Part shown: positions 1 to 9,517 of the stretch, one piece after another | Position numbering within the stretch: position 1 is the stretch's first letter | Layout of the letters: each line of letters starts with the position of its first letter | From: an uncultured virus (IMG/VR IMGVR_UViG_3300016486_001479) | Lineage: Duplodnaviria; Heunggongvirae; Uroviricota; Caudoviricetes | Virus record (IMG/VR): IMGVR_UViG_3300016486_001479 | Length of the DNA: 36,099 nt | Reading direction: 5' to 3' (one strand) | Program-made: the position numbers and the translations under genes | The notes under the pieces: generated by a model | The model's input: only the letters and a program-made list of their open reading frames with translations | Databases searched by the model: none | Told to the model about the DNA's origin: nothing

Positions 1-48
1 ACACAGGGCAATACAATCACTAAAGTAAGAGTGAAAGTAGCTCAATAG
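1..48 (+). CDS. 3' end of an upstream gene (partial)
   Basis: Frame 1 is open from base 1 (TQGNTITKVRVKVAQ) to TAG at 46-48; too short to assign. Confidence 0.4.
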   Translation, partial: TQGNTITKVRVKVAQ

Positions 49-181
49 CATAAAGAGTTTACACTTATAACTATAATGGCACTAATAAAATATCAGCGTG
101 AAGTATGCGCTTTTGTTTTCGTAACAAACGCTGGAAGATAAGGAAAACGACAAAAAAATACAACACGACAAACTATAAAAA

Positions 182-2578
182 ATGGCAACAATTTTCGTAT
201 CACCTGGAGTTTACACAAGAGAACAAGACTTTACAGCATTTGCTTCTAGAATTGGTCTGACCAGACTTGGAATTGTTGGCAAGACTCCAAAGGGTCCCGC
301 AGGCGAAGCGATTCGTGTTAATGGCGGAGATGAATTCCTTTTGAGATATGGTGCAACGGATTTTAAATATCCTTCCACCTATGTTGCCAATGCATTCTTA
401 AGCCAGTCCAATGACCTTACCGTGACAAGAGTTCTCGGTGAAGGTGGGTTCACAAATGGTCCAGCTTGGATTATTACAGCTGATTTCAGTAATGGCACTT
501 CTGGGAGTAAATCAGGAACAACGCTAGCGGTTTTGCGTTCAAAGAAGTCAAACGCTGGCGTAGCATTTTATGACACGCAAACAGACATTATAATAGGTAA
601 CACTACCTCTGGTTCAACGTCGGCTTCATTTACTCTTTCTGCGACAACTGGGCCACTTACAGCTCTAACAAACTCAAGTATTACTGTATCTTTAGATGAG
701 ACTAAAAATGACTACATCGCTAAACTTCTTGGAAAATCTCCTGAGGTTGCAGTTGGTGCTTATGATTTTTATGTTGAATCTATCTATCCTCACTTTATTA
801 GAGAGGCAAAGGCTAGAGCAGAAATATATGGAATCCACCCAGAGCTTATTTATAACTCAACTTCTGCGTGGACAGATTACGCAAGCGACTACACTCACGC
901 TGTAACTCCTTGGATTGTATCTGAGGTAATTGGTGGAGATGTTCATAATTTATTTAAGGTTCACACTATCTCAGATGGTAACTCGTCAAACAGAGAAGTT
1001 AAAGTTTCAGTTGCTAACCTCGACACAACAAATAGTTTGTTTGACCTAATTATTAGGAAATACGAAGACAGTGATGCTAATAGCTTTAGTGTGTTGGAAC
1101 GGTTCTCAAGGCTATCTATGAATCCTGCTTCAAGTAGGTATTGTGGGAAAATAGTTGGAACGCAGGACGGAAATTACCCATCTAGGTCTATGTTTATCAA
1201 ATTAGAACTTGCAGAGAGCTATCCAGGCGATGCTCTTCCAGCAGGGTTTAAGGGGTACTCGTTGAGAAGTATGGCTTCTGGCTCAACTACAGTTGCACCA
1301 AATATATACTTCAAAACCAGTTATCTTTCTGATGACACAGTTTCTAAAACATATATGGGTGTATCTGAATTAGGATACACATCTATTACAGCTTCTCAGG
1401 TTTCTGTAAAAAATGCTGCTCAAAACGTTGAACATGATATTTTTCAATACCCAGGAGGAACAGCAACAAGCAAAACTACTACTCTTGGATTCCACATGGA
1501 GAGCACAGCTCCTGCTGCGCTTTATTCTTCTGGAGACAAAGCAGCGCTTTCAGCATACACAAAGACAAACTCAACAGTTGTTGACAGAGCTAAATTGAAA
1601 TTTACAGTTCTTCCTTATGGTGGTTTTGATGGATTTAACAAGTACTTAACTTTTGATTCAAGTTCATTGTACTCTGAATTCACAGATGCTTATACAAGCA
1701 ATGTGTCCGCATTTAAAACAGCAATTGACACGATGGAGTCGTCAGAAGCTGTTGATATCAACTTGATTACCACACCAGGAATTGATTATTCTAATAACGA
1801 AACACTTGTTAAGTATGCGCTTAACCTTGTTGAAGATAGAGTTGATTTGCTCTACGTTATTGACGCACCAAGACTTACTGTAGACACAGTGAAAGGAGAC
1901 CCTGAAACCGCTGTTTCTAACTTAGAATCAACTGGAATTGATAGCTCATATGCAGCTACATACTGGCCTTGGATTCAAGTTGAAGACATCAACACTGGAC
2001 GTTACGTATACATGTCTCCGACATACGCTGTAGTACGTGCAATGGCCTTTACTGATAACAAATATCAATCATGGTTTGCACCAGCAGGTCAGATTAGGGG
2101 TGTTATGCCAGGAAACGTTATCAGAGCAGACGTTAAGCTTACAAAGTCTCAGCGTGATACTCTATATGCAGGTAGAATCAACCCAATCGCGACATTTACT
2201 CAGAGTGGAGTTCAAATTCAAGGCCAGAAAACATTGCAAGTTAGAGAGTCTGCACTTGACAGAATCAATGTAAGAAGGCTGATGTTGAGAGTTCAGAGGC
2301 TTGTAGCAGCTGCATCACTTACACTGTTGTTTGAACAAAACGACCAGACAGTAAGAGACCAGTTCTTAGCGAAAGTTGAGCCGATTTTGCTTCAAATACA
2401 AAATCAAAGAGGTATCTCAGCTTTTAAAGTCACAATGGATGATTCTAACAATACGTCAGACACAGTCGATAGAAACATGTTAATTGGTAAGATTCAAATC
2501 AAGCCAACAAGAGCGGTAGAGTTCATAGACTTAATATTCCAAGTCCTTCCGACTGGGGCCCGATTTGAGGATTTTTGA
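182..2578 (+). CDS. Tail sheath protein (T4 gp18-like)
   Basis: N-terminal FVSPGVYTREQD and GKTPKGP. C-terminal YAATYWPW, WFAPAG, RINPI, SALDRINVRRL, FEQND and IKPTRAVEFI are typical sheath motifs. Confidence 0.97.
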   Translation: MATIFVSPGVYTREQDFTAFASRIGLTRLGIVGKTPKGPAGEAIRVNGGDEFLLRYGATDFKYPSTYVANAFLSQSNDLTVTRVLGEGGFTNGPAWIITADFSNGTSGSKSGTTLAVLRSKKSNAGVAFYDTQTDIIIGNTTSGSTSASFTLSATTGPLTALTNSSITVSLDETKNDYIAKLLGKSPEVAVGAYDFYVESIYPHFIREAKARAEIYGIHPELIYNSTSAWTDYASDYTHAVTPWIVSEVIGGDVHNLFKVHTISDGNSSNREVKVSVANLDTTNSLFDLIIRKYEDSDANSFSVLERFSRLSMNPASSRYCGKIVGTQDGNYPSRSMFIKLELAESYPGDALPAGFKGYSLRSMASGSTTVAPNIYFKTSYLSDDTVSKTYMGVSELGYTSITASQVSVKNAAQNVEHDIFQYPGGTATSKTTTLGFHMESTAPAALYSSGDKAALSAYTKTNSTVVDRAKLKFTVLPYGGFDGFNKYLTFDSSSLYSEFTDAYTSNVSAFKTAIDTMESSEAVDINLITTPGIDYSNNETLVKYALNLVEDRVDLLYVIDAPRLTVDTVKGDPETAVSNLESTGIDSSYAATYWPWIQVEDINTGRYVYMSPTYAVVRAMAFTDNKYQSWFAPAGQIRGVMPGNVIRADVKLTKSQRDTLYAGRINPIATFTQSGVQIQGQKTLQVRESALDRINVRRLMLRVQRLVAAASLTLLFEQNDQTVRDQFLAKVEPILLQIQNQRGISAFKVTMDDSNNTSDTVDRNMLIGKIQIKPTRAVEFIDLIFQVLPTGARFEDF

Positions 2579-2620
2579 TAACTAACTTGTAATAATCCAC
2601 TTAAGATTACATAATATACA

Positions 2621-2651
2621 GGGGCTTGCCATCACGGTGAGCCCTTTTTTT
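2621..2651 (+). terminator. Rho-independent terminator after the sheath gene
   Basis: GGGCTTGCC-atcac-GGTGAGCCC stem (two G-U pairs) followed by T7. Confidence 0.85.
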
Positions 2652-2668
2652 GTGCGTGCAGCTTTTCC

Positions 2669-3217
2669 CTAATCTGTGTTGAGATTTTTTTCCGCTATAT
2701 TTGCATATATCTTTTCGAACTGAGCCAGTCTACTCATTGGGGTAAAAAGAGTTTTGTACCAACGAAGTGAAAACTGGTATGGTGAGTCTTTCAAAATCCT
2801 CTCAAATTTTTCCTGAGTAACTTTGGTCGGCAAGATATCTTGTATCTCCTCCGAAGTCAGCGTGGTGTTGACTTCAATCTCTCTATAGGTGATGTCTTCA
2901 GTCAGATTGTCCACAAACACAAATGTTTTCATAAAAGGAGCTAGGTGGAGAAAATTAAGAATGTGATGGACTTCATCTGCAAGCCTATCTTTGGGGTACG
3001 ACTTTGCTTCTCCAAAAGGTATTTTGAAACTATCTTCCATTCTTTTTTTCGCGAGCTCTAATGCTTCGCCTTTATATCCATGCTCAGACAGTATGGAGGC
3101 GATTGTGGATATTGTAACATCTTTCGGTATCCTCTTGCGATTTGACGCAAGAGAGTCGAATACGCCAGGTACAATGGAGGCGATTGATTTAACGGTTTCT
3201 CTAGATATTGGATACAT
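2669..3217 (-). CDS. Hypothetical protein (182 aa)
   Basis: Long ORF filling the space between the terminator and a divergent promoter; no motif recognised. Confidence 0.75.
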   Translation of the reverse strand: MYPISRETVKSIASIVPGVFDSLASNRKRIPKDVTISTIASILSEHGYKGEALELAKKRMEDSFKIPFGEAKSYPKDRLADEVHHILNFLHLAPFMKTFVFVDNLTEDITYREIEVNTTLTSEEIQDILPTKVTQEKFERILKDSPYQFSLRWYKTLFTPMSRLAQFEKIYANIAEKNLNTD

Positions 3218-3223
3218 GCTTTA

Positions 3224-3281
3224 ATATACGGGGAAAACAAATAAGAGTTACATGAAACCAAACTCTCAATCTTGCGTATAT
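3224..3281. promoter_or_regulatory. Putative back-to-back promoter pair (TG-N20-CGTATAT on both strands)
   Basis: ATATACG (3224-3230) and CGTATAT (3275-3281) are inverted copies centred on palindromic CATG (3251-3254). Each lies 6-8 nt before a divergent ATG. Confidence 0.5.
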
Positions 3282-3289
3282 ATGGTAAC

Positions 3290-3871
3290 ATGAAAATTAT
3301 TAGCAAGTATAAAGACTATTATGATTATCTTGTAGACCATTACGGGATAGATGAAAAAGTCACAATCGACCGAACCAAAGGCTTTGTGCCTTTTGTTTCA
3401 AACCCAACGCGAGAAGGCGAATTCAGCGTGGCTCAAGTAGCTGTGTGCGGAATGCTTCACTCAGGGCTTATTGACCATAAAGGTGTAATTCACTGGGGAG
3501 ACAGTGCTATTCCTTTCGGAAAAATGCGTTCAAAAAGTTGGCTGGATGATGGGTTGAAAATGCTTTATTTTGATGCTGGTTTAAAACGGAAAGACCGAAT
3601 TGACCCCAAACCAGCTCCAACTGACCTTAACGCGAGAGAAAATTGTGCTGTTGTTTGGGTTACGGGCTATAGTAGTCAAGATACTAAGAATTGGCCAAAA
3701 CTTGAGGTTGTGAATTTCGCTGGTTATATTCCTGCAGAAGAGATGTTTCAAGAAATTTATAGTTGGATGAGTGCTCGCAACGAACCCGACACCACCGACA
3801 CACGAGATGATGCCACAAAATTATTGAACGCAGGGTTCGATAAAAAGAAATCTTTTAGACACAGAAAATGA
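3290..3871 (+). CDS. Hypothetical phage protein
   Basis: ATG at 3290 (MKIISKYKDYYDY...) is preferred over TTG at 3272; ATGA overlap with the next gene. Confidence 0.8.
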   Translation: MKIISKYKDYYDYLVDHYGIDEKVTIDRTKGFVPFVSNPTREGEFSVAQVAVCGMLHSGLIDHKGVIHWGDSAIPFGKMRSKSWLDDGLKMLYFDAGLKRKDRIDPKPAPTDLNARENCAVVWVTGYSSQDTKNWPKLEVVNFAGYIPAEEMFQEIYSWMSARNEPDTTDTRDDATKLLNAGFDKKKSFRHRK

Positions 3872-4761
3872 GAAAAGCATATAGTGAAGTCACAGTGATT
3901 GGCGAAGATAGTAAAATACAAGGCTTATGCCTTGGATATGACCATTGCTCCGAACATGAATGGGGAATAAAGGGCATTCGAAGAAAACTAGAGCAAAACG
4001 ACAGGGTTTATAATAAAACCCTGGGTATTGTCACTAAAAGTGTTTTAGGGGCAGAAACCAGGATGGTTCACAACTACGAAAACATTGTGTTGGGTAAGTT
4101 TGATTATTGGCATCGAAAAGGGACTCAAATAAGTCACGAGAAAAAAAATGGATACAAAAAGAAAATTGCTTTTTTTCTCGAAACAAAAGGCATATCGATT
4201 TATGCTGATGACCAAGAAAGTGCTTTAAGGGAAGGGCGATGTAATATGCTTTCTTATTATGAACTAGAAAGAGAAGAGCCACCAGAAGGGTTTCTTTGGT
4301 CTGAGTGGGATGAAAACAATCTCAGAGCAGTGTTTACCAATGAAGATATTTTTGACGCCCTAAAGGATGTGATTAAATCAAAAAATTTACTTGTAGGATT
4401 AGGAGGTAGTTTAAACCCATTTGCAGGAGCGGGATTATATATCTTGGATTTTAGAGCTTATTCAGAAGATGATGTTAAGGAAATGGCTCAAGCAGACCTG
4501 AACCACATCAACATGTTAGAATATGCGCGACTCACAATGATTGAAAAGCGTTTGAAGAAAGCTGGTAAGAGTTGGTTTGCTTTATCTCCAAAAAAACTGA
4601 ATAAGGAGGATATGGAAAAACATAAAACCAAATTCAGCGTCATTTTTTGGCTGAATCCAACTGAACAAAGAATTGTTAATTATGGCTGGTTTACTGTTGA
4701 GGAGTTGAGGATGTGGATAAAAGGAAAAGGGCCTATAGTCAAGCAGGATGAAGTGGCATAG
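3868..4761 (+). CDS. Hypothetical phage protein (297 aa)
   Basis: Translationally coupled ORF with conserved-looking blocks DHCSEHEWG and FWLNP...YGWFT. Confidence 0.8.
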   Translation: MRKAYSEVTVIGEDSKIQGLCLGYDHCSEHEWGIKGIRRKLEQNDRVYNKTLGIVTKSVLGAETRMVHNYENIVLGKFDYWHRKGTQISHEKKNGYKKKIAFFLETKGISIYADDQESALREGRCNMLSYYELEREEPPEGFLWSEWDENNLRAVFTNEDIFDALKDVIKSKNLLVGLGGSLNPFAGAGLYILDFRAYSEDDVKEMAQADLNHINMLEYARLTMIEKRLKKAGKSWFALSPKKLNKEDMEKHKTKFSVIFWLNPTEQRIVNYGWFTVEELRMWIKGKGPIVKQDEVA

Positions 4762-5077
4762 AAAAATAGATTTAGAAACCCTAAGGAATTCAGTTTTTGT
4801 CGTGTCTATAAATATTTTGGCATATAATACATTGCTTGATAAAGGTGGAGATAATGTAGAAAATCTTATACTAAATTCTCAAAAAACTCTTTCGGAAGGG
4901 CTAGGAATTGACAGCAATGAATATCTTCCAAGTATTCGTCTCAGCTTTTTTGAAGAGGACCGAAAAAAAACTCAAATAAGTTTTGGGTTTTATAAAAAAG
5001 TTGACGGGCTTAGGAGTGTGGCGACTCATTTTATATTCAACTCAGATTATATTAAGACGTATCTTAATTTGGAATGA
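4748..5077 (+). CDS. Hypothetical protein (109 aa)
   Basis: Overlaps the previous stop and converges on the 5064 gene. Confidence 0.6.
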   Translation: MKWHRKIDLETLRNSVFVVSINILAYNTLLDKGGDNVENLILNSQKTLSEGLGIDSNEYLPSIRLSFFEEDRKKTQISFGFYKKVDGLRSVATHFIFNSDYIKTYLNLE

Positions 5078-5423
5078 TGTCTGGCGGTATTTCGATGTTG
5101 ATGTATCCTTGCTGAGGAATGGATAATCTATTTCCACCGTTGTAATAAAGCTGAAATTCTCCTCTGTATTTACCAGCTTCGTTTGTATCCACAGCCGCCC
5201 AATTGTATTGGATTGTTCCGCCTGATATAGATTGTAGCGAGCCAGCGGCTCCAGCTACTTTGTAATTCCCATGTCTATCCACCATTGAAAATGTAACAGC
5301 GGTAGCCCCAGTCATGTTGAATGGTATCCTAGTCGTGAGATTGGAGTAATCAAACACACAAATTCGCAACACTGGCAGAGTATCGTTTTGCTTGATGATG
5401 AAATCTCTTTGACTTAAAGGCAT
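5064..5423 (-). CDS. BppU-like (baseplate upper protein N-terminal) beta-sandwich virion protein
   Basis: F-x-IKQNDT-x-P, GTIQYNW...DT..AG.Y.GEF..YY..G.RLSIP pattern typical of BppU-family domains. Confidence 0.7.
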   Translation of the reverse strand: MPLSQRDFIIKQNDTLPVLRICVFDYSNLTTRIPFNMTGATAVTFSMVDRHGNYKVAGAAGSLQSISGGTIQYNWAAVDTNEAGKYRGEFQLYYNGGNRLSIPQQGYINIEIPPDIIPN

Positions 5424-5824
5424 TATGACGTTGTGAATTGGTTACTAACTACTGTAAAATCTAGTGGTTTGTTGTTAAGCATTTCTACTTCTATTTCTCG
5501 TCCCACTGTCGGAGACATCTTAAACTTGAATCGGGTATACTGTAACTTTACTGGGGAATCAGCAGTGTACTTAACTCTCCAATAAATCTCGTAATTATCA
5601 TCTGTGTTATAGAGAATCTCGTCGAGGTCTGCGAAATAGAATCCTACTTCTTGATTTGTTATTGTTGCTCCTGATTCCACAAGGGAATCACCAGTCGATG
5701 CGTTGTATACATCAGCAGTAAGAGATGCTGGGTTTATAACTGTATATGACTCGATGTTTGTACCCCCACTGTTTGAAAACGTGAGTACTCTGAATCGTCG
5801 GTATATCTTTATAACTCCAGCCAT
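5423..5824 (-). CDS. Putative virion protein, beta-rich
   Basis: 1-nt TAATG overlap with the BppU-like gene; downstream of the tube gene; S/T/G-rich with alternating hydrophobic strands. Confidence 0.65.
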   Translation of the reverse strand: MAGVIKIYRRFRVLTFSNSGGTNIESYTVINPASLTADVYNASTGDSLVESGATITNQEVGFYFADLDEILYNTDDNYEIYWRVKYTADSPVKLQYTRFKFKMSPTVGREIEVEMLNNKPLDFTVVSNQFTTS

Positions 5825-5831
5825 AATATAT

Positions 5832-5865
5832 CACACAAAAACCCTACTGTGAGGGTTTTTGTGTG
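5832..5865 (-). terminator. Hairpin/terminator after the tail tube gene
   Basis: Perfect 14-bp inverted repeat CACACAAAAACCCT-actgtg-AGGGTTTTTGTGTG. Confidence 0.7.
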
Positions 5866-5881
5866 TTTTGTTGTGAATTTC

Positions 5882-6212
5882 TTAATTACTGAGAATACAC
5901 CTGTCTGGTTGGAGGGTCAGGGTAGGCATAATCAAATCATCAGAACTATAATCGTAATCTCCAAAGCTTGCGTCTACTATTTGGCATCCGATAAGGGTCC
6001 ATTTTTGAATTTCAACTCCAGGTCCGTCTACCCCTTTCAGTACAAGGTTCTTTTTGTATCCAACTNNNNNNNNNNNNNNNNNNNNGTGAAGGCGCTTTCG
6101 TAGTTTGAACCATATACGAATCGATAGCAAGCTCCGTTGGGAACTCTAGCACAAATCGATTTTTTAATTTTGGTTCCTGCTCGATAGGAACAGGTCGAAA
6201 CATATCTGCCAT
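5882..6212 (-). CDS. Tail tube protein (T4 gp19-like), interrupted by a 20-N gap
   Basis: N part EPKLKNRFVLEFP...VQT..APS and C part YKKNLVL...GPGVEIQKWTLIG...ASFGDYDYS...TLTLQPDRCIL. The two track ORFs (6012-6212, 5882-6130) are halves of one gene. Confidence 0.88.
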
Positions 6213-6237
6213 TATTGTAGCTTTTATTGTTATTTCC

Positions 6238-6246
6238 TATAAATAG
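6238..6246 (-). promoter_or_regulatory. Putative late promoter CTATTTATA for the tail tube gene
   Basis: Recurrent TATTTAT motif 25 nt upstream of the tube ATG. Confidence 0.55.
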
Positions 6247-6408
6247 CTGGCAGAAAAAAGTTTTGTAGCGGCTTGAGATATTAGTTTACCTATTTATTAA
6301 AAAGAGTACTTAAGAGTGTGTTTATAATACATTTTTAGATTAATCTAAATAGGTATTTACCATTATCATTTTTAAGCTTATATAAGCAAGGTTTTAATAG
6401 TTACACAA

Positions 6409-7332
6409 ATGGAACGTAAAATAAAAAGAGCTCTTTGTCTTTCTGGTGGAGGTTCAAAAGGAGCTTGGGCAGGAGGTGTGATTCAATATCTTACTGAGGA
6501 CTTAAAGCTCGACTACGACCTTTACGTCGGAACATCCACTGGAAGCTTGTTAGCTCCGCTTACTTCTATTCGTGAAATAAGCACTTTAAAAGAAGGTTAC
6601 ACCAGCGTAAGCGCTGATGACATATTCTCTTATAATCCATTTAGAAAAGACGGAAGTCCCAGTTATCTTAAAATGGCTTATAGAATAGCTACTTTAAAAA
6701 CAACTTTAGGCGAGAGCGAGGGTTTATTAGAACTTATTAAAAAGTTTTTCAAAGAAAAACACTATGACAAACTCACTAGTGAGGGAAAGGAAGTAATTGC
6801 TGCAGTCGCAAATATTACTGATGAAAAAATTGAATACATGTCATCAAAAGATTGGGGATATGAAATGTTTTGCAAGTGGTTGTGGGCATCCGCCAATACC
6901 CCTCCTTTTATGACTCTTTTTGAACATCAAGGGAAGGAATATGTTGATGGTGCAATTTTGCAACACATCCCTATACAAGCTGCTATTGATGCGGGAGCCA
7001 CTGAAATAGATGTTATTGTATTACGTCCTGAAAAATTTGGTGCAACAGCTAAAAACAAGACAAAAAATGTCATTCATCTCTCAAATAAACTAATTCGAAT
7101 GATGCAACGTAAAATATCACAAACGAATGTTGAAATGGCTCAATTAGAAGCTAATAAGAGAGATGTTAAAATAAACATTATATACACGCCTTATCGACTA
7201 ACTGAAAATTCGCTCGTTTTTGACAAAGAACAAATGTTAAAATGGTGGGAAGAAGGTTATGAATTCGCAAAGGAGGGGAATATGAGACAGTATAAACTTT
7301 CTAAACGGAATGTAATACGTGAGATAGAATAA
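6409..7332 (+). CDS. Patatin-like phospholipase
   Basis: LSGGGSKG oxyanion loop, GTSTG nucleophile elbow, SANTPPF and YVDGA catalytic Asp. Confidence 0.93.
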   Translation: MERKIKRALCLSGGGSKGAWAGGVIQYLTEDLKLDYDLYVGTSTGSLLAPLTSIREISTLKEGYTSVSADDIFSYNPFRKDGSPSYLKMAYRIATLKTTLGESEGLLELIKKFFKEKHYDKLTSEGKEVIAAVANITDEKIEYMSSKDWGYEMFCKWLWASANTPPFMTLFEHQGKEYVDGAILQHIPIQAAIDAGATEIDVIVLRPEKFGATAKNKTKNVIHLSNKLIRMMQRKISQTNVEMAQLEANKRDVKINIIYTPYRLTENSLVFDKEQMLKWWEEGYEFAKEGNMRQYKLSKRNVIREIE

Positions 7333-7337
7333 CTCGC

Positions 7338-7346
7338 CTATTTATA
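7338..7346 (+). promoter_or_regulatory. Putative late promoter CTATTTATA
   Basis: 15 nt upstream of ATG 7362. Confidence 0.55.
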
Positions 7347-7361
7347 AAAAAAGCTCTTAAA

Positions 7362-7670
7362 ATGGCATATAGAACAGGAGACACTATCTATCAAAACATT
7401 GTTTCAACCGATTCCAGTAATAATGTGGAGTCTGGGGCAACTTTCGTTAACAAGCTTTATCGAAATGGCTCTTTATATGCTGGCGCCACTCTTAATTTTG
7501 CCATATCTGATGCTCCAAGAGGAGTTTATACAGCAAGTTTTTCAGCTTCAACCATTGGAGAATATCAAATATATTTTAATAACATCACAACAAACACAAT
7601 TTACATGTCTGGTATATTCAGCTTTAAATCTTCTGAAAATATATCGACAAGCATCTATATAGGTTCCTAA
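7362..7670 (+). CDS. Putative Ig-like virion protein (102 aa)
   Basis: Beta-strand pattern with GVYTASF...GEYQI; shares VESGAT with the 5423-5824 protein. Confidence 0.65.
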   Translation: MAYRTGDTIYQNIVSTDSSNNVESGATFVNKLYRNGSLYAGATLNFAISDAPRGVYTASFSASTIGEYQIYFNNITTNTIYMSGIFSFKSSENISTSIYIGS

Positions 7671-7730
7671 TAGCTGAAAGTAAGGCAAAAATGACTAATT
7701 CTAAGCTATTTAGTGTTGATACAACCCTTT

Positions 7731-9488
7731 ATGGAACAAACTAAGATATTAGACAAGGAAGCTGAATTAATGGAGTGTTCGATGGACCCTATTTACTTTA
7801 TTAACAGTTTTTGTTATGCCTATGATGTACTAAAAGACCAGCAAGCCAACATTAAGTGTTTTGATTATCAAGAGAGAGTTCTGGATTCATACATGGACCA
7901 CAAATGGAATGTGATTTTAAAGTCACGTCAAACTGGTTTATCAGTAATTACCGCATGTTATGTTGCCTGGAGAATGATATTTGGTCTGGATGAGACAATC
8001 GTAATTATCGCCAACAACCAAGACGGCGCAGTTAGATTTCTAAAACACGTCAAGAATGTTTTTATCAATCTTCCTGATTTTATTTATAGTAAAAACCGCG
8101 ATGAAGTTTCTATGGCTACGATGAAAATCGAGCACGCCAATGGGAATATTGCAATCGCTAAGGCAGCTGGTAAAAACGCAGGTCGTGGAGACGCTCCTAC
8201 TCTCTTAATATTAGATGAGTGGGCGTTTGTTAAAGACGACGATGATATCTGGACAGCCGCAGCCCCTTCTTTATCGCAAACAGAAGGAGACTGTATTGTT
8301 ATTTCAACACCAAACGGAACAGGTAATCTATATCACAAGTTCTGGGTCGACGCCGCACGCGGAGATGGTGCCTTCAACCCAATTAAGGTTCACTGGACCG
8401 AAAACCCAAAATCAGCTATTGATTTAGAGTATAGAGAAGACTCAAAAGGTATTTTAAAACCTTGGAGCCCTTGGTATGAAAAGCGATGTAAAGAAGTTCA
8501 GTATGATGGAGTTAAAATAGCACAGGAGCTTGACTTATCATTTGAAGGTTCCAAGTTGTTAGCGTTGGACCCAGATTTAATTGCCAGACAACGACAGCGA
8601 ATTGAGACTGAAAACATCAGGCCCGTCGTGTATTTTGATGTGACAGCAGAAAGTCATAATCTAGTTGGGACTGTCCAGCCTTGTCATATTTTCGAAGCAC
8701 CAAAACTACAGGCTAAATATATTGTGGCTTGCGACGTTGCTTATAGAGGAGATGATTATTCAACTATTCAAGTTTTAGATGTAGACACTCTTAATCAAGT
8801 AGCGGAATACCAGGGTAAATGTGACCCAGATGTGTTCGCTCGTTACATTGAGAAAATTGCAATGTACTACAATACGGCGTTTGTGGTTGTCGAGGCCAAC
8901 AATCACGGCCTCGTAACATGTTTTGAACTGAGAAATCAACTTAAATATCCAAGACTTTATGAATCAAAATCTATCAAAGAAATCCATGTTCGATGGATTG
9001 ATTATAAAGTAAATCCAGGCGATGGGATTCCAGGGTTTCAGACGACAGCACAATCTAGACCAGGATTAGTAAACGCTATGCGTGAAGCATTTAGAGAAAC
9101 CACAGCCACTGTGAACTCAATTCGGTTAATTGGCGAGATGGAAACGTTTGTTAGAAATCTCAAAAAGAACGGAAAAGAGGAAGCTGAGAAAGGATATCAC
9201 GATGACTTAGTTATGGCTTATGGTATTGCCCTTTATATTAGACAGACAGAGTATTATAATGTGGTTAATGCTAAGAATATGTACAAATCTATGCTTGAAG
9301 CCATGACTTTCAACGCTAGTTCTTCCGAAGGGGCAGAAGAAACTCCAGACGAGAAAACACAAAGGTTGCGGGATAAAAAAGATTTTGATGAAAATTTTAT
9401 CCCTCCAGGAGCAGGAGGATTATGGTTAGGAAGCGACGATGAAGCTGATGAAGACGACCCAAACGACCTTTCATGGCTGGTTGGGTGA
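7731..9488 (+). CDS. terL: Terminase large subunit (T4 gp17-like)
   Basis: DPIYFI, Q motif (FDYQ), Walker A KSRQTGLS, Walker B LLILDE, ISTPNG coupling motif, and nuclease motifs DVA...DYS, VEANN and GYHDDLVMA. ATG at 7731 is preferred to GTG at 7713. Confidence 0.97.
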   Translation: MEQTKILDKEAELMECSMDPIYFINSFCYAYDVLKDQQANIKCFDYQERVLDSYMDHKWNVILKSRQTGLSVITACYVAWRMIFGLDETIVIIANNQDGAVRFLKHVKNVFINLPDFIYSKNRDEVSMATMKIEHANGNIAIAKAAGKNAGRGDAPTLLILDEWAFVKDDDDIWTAAAPSLSQTEGDCIVISTPNGTGNLYHKFWVDAARGDGAFNPIKVHWTENPKSAIDLEYREDSKGILKPWSPWYEKRCKEVQYDGVKIAQELDLSFEGSKLLALDPDLIARQRQRIETENIRPVVYFDVTAESHNLVGTVQPCHIFEAPKLQAKYIVACDVAYRGDDYSTIQVLDVDTLNQVAEYQGKCDPDVFARYIEKIAMYYNTAFVVVEANNHGLVTCFELRNQLKYPRLYESKSIKEIHVRWIDYKVNPGDGIPGFQTTAQSRPGLVNAMREAFRETTATVNSIRLIGEMETFVRNLKKNGKEEAEKGYHDDLVMAYGIALYIRQTEYYNVVNAKNMYKSMLEAMTFNASSSEGAEETPDEKTQRLRDKKDFDENFIPPGAGGLWLGSDDEADEDDPNDLSWLVG

Positions 9489-9517
9489 TGCAAAGAGGCA
9501 TGAAATAAAAAATAAAA

